From NCBI GenBank assembly GCA_022841915.1, contig JALHQN010000004.1, positions 280,979-344,978 on the forward strand: DNA of 64,000 nt. The letters are read 5' to 3'. The translations under genes were made by a program, and so were the position numbers. Positions 58,720-64,000 of this stretch are shown here, piece after piece. Origin of the DNA: Burkholderiales bacterium. Its GTDB lineage: Bacteria > Pseudomonadota > Gammaproteobacteria > Burkholderiales > WYBJ01. The notes under the pieces are model-generated. The model saw nothing but the letters and a program-made list of their open reading frames with translations, was not told where the DNA came from and ran no database searches. Positions within the stretch are counted from its first letter, which is position 1, and each line of letters opens with the position of its first letter.

Positions 58720-58756
58720 GGCCCGCGATTCGTTCTGCGGCGAAGGGAGCGCAAAC

Positions 58757-59149
58757 ATGATCGTCAAGAAGCTCGAAGACATCCTCGGCACGGCGGCGGA
58801 AGTCGATACCGAGGGCTGGACCAGTCGGCGTCTTATCTACAAGGACGCCGGCATGGGGTACTCGGTGCACGACACCATCATCAAGGCTGGTGCGGTGCTC
58901 GAGATGGAATACAAGCACCATCTGGAGACCGTCTACTGCATCGAGGGCCAGGGAGACATCACCGATCTCGCGTCGGGCCGCACGTACGAGATCGGTCCGG
59001 GCACGCTTTACGCGCTCGACAAGCACGATCGCCATGTCTTGCGCGCCAGCAAAGACACGCACATGCGCATGATCTGCGTATTCAATCCACCGCTTACCGG
59101 ACGTGAAGTGCACGACGAGACTGGCGCATACGCGCTCACCGATGGTTGA
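58757..59149 (+). CDS. ectC: L-ectoine synthase
   Basis: 130 aa cupin: [12 protein letters not shown]...WTSRRL...[15 protein letters not shown]. Confidence 0.95.
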   Translation: MIVKKLEDILGTAAEVDTEGWTSRRLIYKDAGMGYSVHDTIIKAGAVLEMEYKHHLETVYCIEGQGDITDLASGRTYEIGPGTLYALDKHDRHVLRASKDTHMRMICVFNPPLTGREVHDETGAYALTDG

Positions 59150-59161
59150 GGAGGCCCCCGC

Positions 59162-60097
59162 ATGATGAGCACTGCGACAGTTCCCATACTGCAGCGTCCG
59201 CGCAGCGACGATCGCTACCCGTCCCGATTCGAGCCGCACGTCCGTGTTTCGAACCGACTGGATCCGGTCGTCCATGGCCAGCCGGGCGCCGGACCGCTGA
59301 CAGCGAGTCAGCTGCATTTCTACGAGGACAACGGCTATCTTGGCTTCGACGAGCTGCTGAGCGCCTCGGAAGTGAGCAGCTACCTCGAGGAGTTGGACCG
59401 GCTGCGTGCCGATGCTTCCCTGCGGCAGCACGACACGGCTGTGATCGAACCGGAAAGCGGAGAGCTGCGCTCGCTCTTTGCGGTTCACTCGAGCAGCGTG
59501 GTGCTCGCATCGCTGTGCCACCACCCGAAACTGGTCGAAATCGCCAAGCAACTCTTGGGCAGCGAGGTCTACATCCATCAGTCGCGCATCAACTACAAGG
59601 GCGGCTTTCGCGGCAAGGAGTTCTACTGGCACTCCGACTTCGAGACCTGGCACGTCGAAGACGGTGTGCCGGCGATGCGCATGGTGAGCTGTTCGATCAG
59701 TCTGACGCCGAACACCCCCCACAACGGTCCTCTGATGCTCATTCCAGGCTCGCATCAGCGCTATGTGACGTGCGTGGGTGCGACCCCGGAGGATCACTAC
59801 AAGGCGTCGCTCAGGAAGCAGGAAGTCGGCGTTCCGGACGAGGCGAGTCTCACCCGGATGGTGAGCGAGTTCGGTATCGCGGCGCCCATTGGTCCGGCAG
59901 GGTCGGTGACGTTCTTCGAGTGCAATGTGATGCACGGCTCGAATTCGAACATCACGCCCATGCCGCGCAGCAATGTGTTCGTCGTCTACAACAGCGTTCT
60001 GAACAAACCGGTCGCGCCGTTTTGCGGTCTGGCGCCGCGGCCGAACTACATCGCCGAGCGTCTCGACTTCACCCCAGCAGGACCGCGTCGGGGATGA
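59162..60097 (+). CDS. ectD: Ectoine hydroxylase
   Basis: 311 aa carrying the EctD signature FYWHSDFETWHVEDGVP and a distal His (VMHGSNSN). Confidence 0.95.
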   Translation: MMSTATVPILQRPRSDDRYPSRFEPHVRVSNRLDPVVHGQPGAGPLTASQLHFYEDNGYLGFDELLSASEVSSYLEELDRLRADASLRQHDTAVIEPESGELRSLFAVHSSSVVLASLCHHPKLVEIAKQLLGSEVYIHQSRINYKGGFRGKEFYWHSDFETWHVEDGVPAMRMVSCSISLTPNTPHNGPLMLIPGSHQRYVTCVGATPEDHYKASLRKQEVGVPDEASLTRMVSEFGIAAPIGPAGSVTFFECNVMHGSNSNITPMPRSNVFVVYNSVLNKPVAPFCGLAPRPNYIAERLDFTPAGPRRG

Positions 60098-60136
60098 TCC
60101 GATGATGCCCGGTGCAGCGAAGCGACGGTAGCCCGC

Positions 60137-61051
60137 ATGGACGCGTCGCATCCAGACGAGCGGATACAACGAAACCGGCCGTGCCGACGTGTCCTGCGGC
60201 TCGGAGCATTCGTGGGCGCCGTGCTCGCCTGGGTGTCGGCGTGCGCCGTGCTCCTCGGCAGCGGTGGTGCCGCCGCGCAGTCCACGCTGGAGAAGATCCG
60301 GCAGCAGGGCTACATCCGCGTCGGATTCGCCAACGAGGCGCCCTATTCCTATGCCGATGCTTCCGGGCAGCTGACCGGCGAATCCGCGCTGGTCTTCAAG
60401 CACGTGATGGCCGAACTCGGCGTGCCCAAGGTCGAAGGGGTACTCACCGAATGGGGCGCGCTGATCCCGGGATTGCGCGCGCGACGGTTCGACGCGATCG
60501 TCGCGTCGATGTACATCACGCCCTTGCGCTGCAAGCAGATACGCTTCGCCAACCCGACGTTCGGCGTGGGCGAGGCGCTGATCGTGAAGGCGGGCAATCC
60601 CGATGCCGTGCAGACCTATGCCGATGCCGCGCGCGCAGACAAGAAGATCGCGTTCGTTGCCGGGACCGCCGAACTCGGCCATGCCCGGTTGGCAGGGTTG
60701 AAGCGCGCGCAGCAGGTCGTGCTTCCGGATTTCGCGGCCGCCGTGGCGGCGGTCAAGTCCGGGCGGGTCGCGGCGGCTGCATTCACCTCGCTGACGGCAG
60801 CGACGCTTGCCGCCAAGGATGACGCGATCGAGCGCGCCGAACCGTTCACCTTCACGCATGAAGGCAAGTCCTACCGTGGGGAAGGTTCGTTCGGGTTTCG
60901 CATGGAAGATGCCGAATTGCGCGATGCGGTCGATGCGGTGCTCGCGAAGTTCATCGGCACCGAGGCGCATCTTGCGATGATCGCGCCGTTCGGCTTCGAC
61001 GCGACCAATCTGCCCGAGAAGACCGCCGCCCAGCATTGCGCAGGTCAGTGA
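60137..61051 (+). CDS. ehuB: Ectoine/hydroxyectoine ABC transporter substrate-binding protein
   Basis: 304 aa with a signal-anchor N-terminus and a family-3 SBP body (LEKIRQQGYIRVGFANEAPYSY). It is followed by two permeases and an ATPase in ehuBCDA order. Confidence 0.75.
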   Translation: MDASHPDERIQRNRPCRRVLRLGAFVGAVLAWVSACAVLLGSGGAAAQSTLEKIRQQGYIRVGFANEAPYSYADASGQLTGESALVFKHVMAELGVPKVEGVLTEWGALIPGLRARRFDAIVASMYITPLRCKQIRFANPTFGVGEALIVKAGNPDAVQTYADAARADKKIAFVAGTAELGHARLAGLKRAQQVVLPDFAAAVAAVKSGRVAAAAFTSLTAATLAAKDDAIERAEPFTFTHEGKSYRGEGSFGFRMEDAELRDAVDAVLAKFIGTEAHLAMIAPFGFDATNLPEKTAAQHCAGQ

Positions 61052-61064
61052 AGCGGATCCGACC

Positions 61065-61808
61065 TTGAATGCCTTGTCGCATCCGCATTGGCGCCTGCTT
61101 GTCGCAGCGCTGGCGTGTTTCGCGGCAGCATTCGCGCTGGCAAGCGCCACCGGGCTTGCCCGGTCCGTGCCCGAGTTGCTGCGCGGGATCGGTGTCACCG
61201 CGACGGTGATGTTCGGCGGCTCGGCGGTCGCGATCGTCGTGGCGCCCGTCGCAGCGCTCTGCAAGCTGTACGGCGGGTCTGCGATCCGATGGCTGGCGAT
61301 CGGCTATATCGAGACGTTTCGCGGCACTTCGGCGCTGGTGCAGTTGTTCTGGCTGTTCTTCGTGCTGCCGCACTTCGGGATCACTCTCGAGCCCCTGACG
61401 GTCGCCATCGCGGCGCTCGGCTTGAACATCGGCGCTTATGGTGCAGAGGTCGTGCGGGGGGCAGTGTTGGCCGTGCCGCGCGGACAATGGGAAGCCGCCA
61501 GCGCGCTGAACATGACGCAGTCCCAGACATTGCGCCGGGTCGTGCTGCCGCAGGCTTGGGTGCTCATGATTCCGGCATGGGGGAATCTGTTGATCGAGCT
61601 GCTCAAGGCGACGTCTCTCGTCTCCCTCATCACGCTCGCCGATCTGACCTTCAAGGCTCAGCAGATCAATCAGAACACGCTGCAGACGGTGGAAGTTTTC
61701 TCGATCGTGCTGCTGGTCTATCTGGGATTGTCGCTGCTGATCACGCTCGGGATGCGCCAACTGGAGCGCCGCGCTTCATTCGGTCTGGCGCGAGGGCCTG
61801 GCACGTGA
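61065..61808 (+). CDS. ehuC: Ectoine/hydroxyectoine ABC transporter permease
   Basis: Polar-amino-acid-type permease (IETFRGTSALVQLFWLFFVLP, EAA-loop region). A TTG start is taken from the ORF track, and the exact start is uncertain. Confidence 0.7.
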   Translation: MNALSHPHWRLLVAALACFAAAFALASATGLARSVPELLRGIGVTATVMFGGSAVAIVVAPVAALCKLYGGSAIRWLAIGYIETFRGTSALVQLFWLFFVLPHFGITLEPLTVAIAALGLNIGAYGAEVVRGAVLAVPRGQWEAASALNMTQSQTLRRVVLPQAWVLMIPAWGNLLIELLKATSLVSLITLADLTFKAQQINQNTLQTVEVFSIVLLVYLGLSLLITLGMRQLERRASFGLARGPGT

Positions 61809-62485
61809 GCGAAAGCTTCTGGGATTGGGCCTACGTCTGGCAGGTGCTGCCCGAACTCGTCGATGCTTCCGTCGTCACGGTCAAGGCCACGGTGTCGGGC
61901 TTCGCTCTGGCCTTGATCATCGGTCTCGCATTCGCGATCGCGCGCATGATCGGTCCGGGCTGGCTGCGCCAGACGACGATCGGTATCGTCGAGGTCATCC
62001 GGTCGACGCCCTTGCTGATCCAGCTCTTCCTGCTGTACTACGTCATGCCCGAGTTCGGGCTCACGCTGGACGCCATGACCGCCGGCGTTCTGGCGCTCGG
62101 TCTGCACTATGGCGCCTACTGCTCCGAGGTCTATCGGGCCGGTCTGGAAGGCGTGCCCAAGGGGCAATGGGAGGCCGCTGTCGCGCTCAATCTGCCGCCT
62201 TGGGTGACGATGAAGCGCATCATCCTGCCCCAAGCCATTCCTCCCGCGGTGCCTGCGCTTGGCAACTACTTGGTCGCCCTCTTCAAGGAGACGCCCCTGC
62301 TGTCGGTGATCGCCGTGCTCGAACTCATGCAGACGGCCAAGCTGCTGGGCTCGGAGAGTTTTCGCTACATCGAGCCTATCACCTTGGTGGGGCTCTTTTT
62401 TTTGTTCTTCAGCCTCGTGGCCGCCGCGCTGGTGCGGGCGCTCGAACGGCGCCTGGGGCGAGGGTCAGGCAGAGTGGCGCGATGA
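61805..62485 (+). CDS. ehuD: Ectoine/hydroxyectoine ABC transporter permease
   Basis: GTG start overlapping the ehuC stop (GTGA). 226 aa; VEVIRSTPLLIQLFLLYYVMP. Confidence 0.75.
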   Translation: MSESFWDWAYVWQVLPELVDASVVTVKATVSGFALALIIGLAFAIARMIGPGWLRQTTIGIVEVIRSTPLLIQLFLLYYVMPEFGLTLDAMTAGVLALGLHYGAYCSEVYRAGLEGVPKGQWEAAVALNLPPWVTMKRIILPQAIPPAVPALGNYLVALFKETPLLSVIAVLELMQTAKLLGSESFRYIEPITLVGLFFLFFSLVAAALVRALERRLGRGSGRVAR

Positions 62486-63270
62486 GCGAACGGCATGAGC
62501 CTCCCATGGTGCACTTCGACCATGTCACCAAGCGCTACGGTTCGCTCACGGTTCTGGATGGACTCGATCTGCGGATTGCGCCCAACGAGAAGGTGGCGAT
62601 CATCGGGCCGTCGGGTTCAGGCAAGACGACTGTTCTGCGCGCGCTGATGACGCTGGATCGCATCGACGACGGCGTCATCTGGGTCGATGGCGAACCGCTC
62701 ACCCACATGCGGCGCGGCGATGGGCTGGTGCGGGCGGACGGCAAGCATCTGCGACGCATGCGCAGCAAGATCGGCATGGTCTTCCAGCATTTCAATCTCT
62801 TTCCCCACATGACCGCGCTGAAGAACTGCATGGAGGCGCTGGTGCGCGTGCTCGGCCTGCCCGTGGAGGAGGCCCGGCAACGCGCCGGCGAACTTCTCGC
62901 CATGGTGGGGCTCGCCGACAAGCAGGACGAGTATCCGGCGCGTCTTTCGGGCGGCCAGCAGCAGCGGGTGGCGATCGCCCGGGCTTTGGCGCTGCGACCG
63001 AAGATCATGCTCTTCGACGAAGTGACCTCCGCGCTCGATCCGGAATTGTGCGCCGAGGTGCTGGGTGTCATTCGCGAATTGGGGCGCGCGCATCAGCTCA
63101 CGATGCTGATGGTCACCCACCAAATGGGCTTCGCGCGCGAATTCGCCGATCGGGTCTGCTTCTTCGATTCGGGGCGGATCGCCGAGCAAGGCCCCGCGCG
63201 AGAATTCTTCGACGCGCCTCGCGGCGAGCGCACGCAGCGCTTCTTGCGCGCTGTCATGGATGCAGGTTGA
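62482..63270 (+). CDS. ehuA: Ectoine/hydroxyectoine ABC transporter ATP-binding protein
   Basis: ATG overlapping the ehuD stop (ATGA). Walker A GPSGSGKTT, signature LSGGQQQRV, Walker B MLFDEVTSALD. Confidence 0.85.
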   Translation: MSERHEPPMVHFDHVTKRYGSLTVLDGLDLRIAPNEKVAIIGPSGSGKTTVLRALMTLDRIDDGVIWVDGEPLTHMRRGDGLVRADGKHLRRMRSKIGMVFQHFNLFPHMTALKNCMEALVRVLGLPVEEARQRAGELLAMVGLADKQDEYPARLSGGQQQRVAIARALALRPKIMLFDEVTSALDPELCAEVLGVIRELGRAHQLTMLMVTHQMGFAREFADRVCFFDSGRIAEQGPAREFFDAPRGERTQRFLRAVMDAG

Positions 63271-63466
63271 CGCCGCTGCCCGGCACGCTCGTATCGACGC
63301 TGGCACCCCCGATTCAGCGCTCGAGCAGAGCTGTTCCATTGCGGAACGCAATGCCTTCCGAGCGAAGATTCAATCGACGGTACCCGCTAGGCTTGATATT
63401 TATCAAGAGCGCTCGCGCCCGTCGCAACAAAACTCGCGCTTGTTCGCAGCACTCGACAGAGCCTTG

Positions 63467-63655
63467 GTGTCCTGAGTCGGAGATACGCCGCACGAAAGAT
63501 GCTGAGATCGTCGCCACACTTCGTCGGAAATCCTTGCCAGGCTCTTGACCTGGACTCGATGTTCCCGCGGGGCTGGTGCGGTTTCAAGCCTTTTTGCACT
63601 CAGGGGGCACGCGGGGCGATCGACTGTTCAGCAACGGATATCTGACTCACGACAC
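63467..63655. mobile_element. 189-bp MITE-like element, copy B
   Basis: The termini are GTGTCCTGAGTCGGAGATACG ... CGGATATCTGACTCACGACAC. By eye it is about 75% identical to copy A over the left 88 bp, and both share a GCCAGG-N7-CCTGG hairpin. The flanks are TG and TA. Confidence 0.65.
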
Positions 63656-63667
63656 TAGGAGCTACGC

Positions 63668-64000
63668 ATGTCATTTCGCATTTTGCTCGCGGCGGACGGA
63701 AGTTCGATGGCGCGCAACGCCGCCCGTTATGCCATTCAACGATTTTCCCTACCGAACGACGCGTGCCAAGTGGATGTGCTGCACGTGCATTTCCGCGTCC
63801 CTTCGCGAGCAGCGGCCGCGCTTGGACGCGAGATCGTGCAGTCCTACTATCGCGACGAGATGCACCAGGCGATGAAGCCGGTGCAGGAACTGCTCGATGC
63901 CAAGTCGGTGACCTATCGCAGCTTCGGCAAGATCGGAACGCCGGCGGAGCAGATCGCGCGTCATGCCGAAGAGGCGGAGACGGATCTCGTCGTCATGGGT
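63668..64000 (+). CDS. Universal stress protein (UspA family), 5' part only; runs off the window
   Basis: My own translation from ATG 63668 (after TAGGAG): MSFRILLAADGSSMARNAARYAI...VDVLHVH...TDLVVMG, a typical Usp N-terminal half. There is no stop before position 64000. Confidence 0.75.
   Translation, partial: MSFRILLAADGSSMARNAARYAIQRFSLPNDACQVDVLHVHFRVPSRAAAALGREIVQSYYRDEMHQAMKPVQELLDAKSVTYRSFGKIGTPAEQIARHAEEAETDLVVMG

Noticed and set aside
1-64000. Searched the window for CRISPR arrays, tRNA/rRNA genes, integrases, transposases, prophage genes and toxin-antitoxin pairs.
   Set aside because: I saw no regular repeat-spacer arrays and no T-loop-like GGTTCGAATCC motifs in intergenic DNA. 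No translation resembles a recombinase or phage structural protein. This was a visual scan only; tRNAscan-SE, Infernal and ISEScan would be needed to be definitive.

Overview
A 64-kb window with visibly high G+C and GC-rich third codon positions. Coding is dense on both strands. It looks like a chromosomal accessory-metabolism region from a Burkholderiales-type betaproteobacterium; that assignment is an inference from six orphan Bug/TctC-type periplasmic binding proteins, a PEP-CTERM protein and a CspA/IF-1 paralogue pair. I can support about 55 protein-coding genes. They fall into several small co-directional catabolic clusters: ThuA/CoA-transferase/SDR/Gfo-Idh-MocA/TauD; CDGSH/citrate-synthase-like/RraA-like/aminotransferase/enoyl-CoA hydratase/ADP-forming acyl-CoA synthetase; MaoC/thioesterase; and enolase-superfamily/SGNH. 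The window also holds a three-domain NHEJ ligase LigD, an SbcD/SbcC-like (YhaO/YhaN-type) nuclease-ATPase pair, and a complete ectABCD ectoine/hydroxyectoine operon followed directly by an ehuBCDA-type ABC importer and a partial universal-stress-protein gene. I did not recognise any rRNA, tRNA, CRISPR array, transposase, integrase or transcription-factor gene. Four observations stand out. (1) Two ORFs at 39159-39479 and 39480-40853 are in the same frame, separated only by one TGA. The TGA sits in a U-G-T-C (UxxC) motif and is followed 10 nt later by a hairpin with GGU in its loop, which suggests a selenoprotein fused to a large domain of unknown function. (2) Two diverged copies of a 189-bp MITE-like element have about 12-25-bp terminal inverted repeats and TA flanks (30097-30285 and 63467-63655). 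(3) A 16-cysteine HExxH protein with a CACGGTCPKC motif is paired with a small unknown protein. (4) A tandem-fused family-III CoA-transferase has an N-terminal half that appears to lack the catalytic Asp. All functional calls come from reading the translations and motifs by eye. No database search was run.
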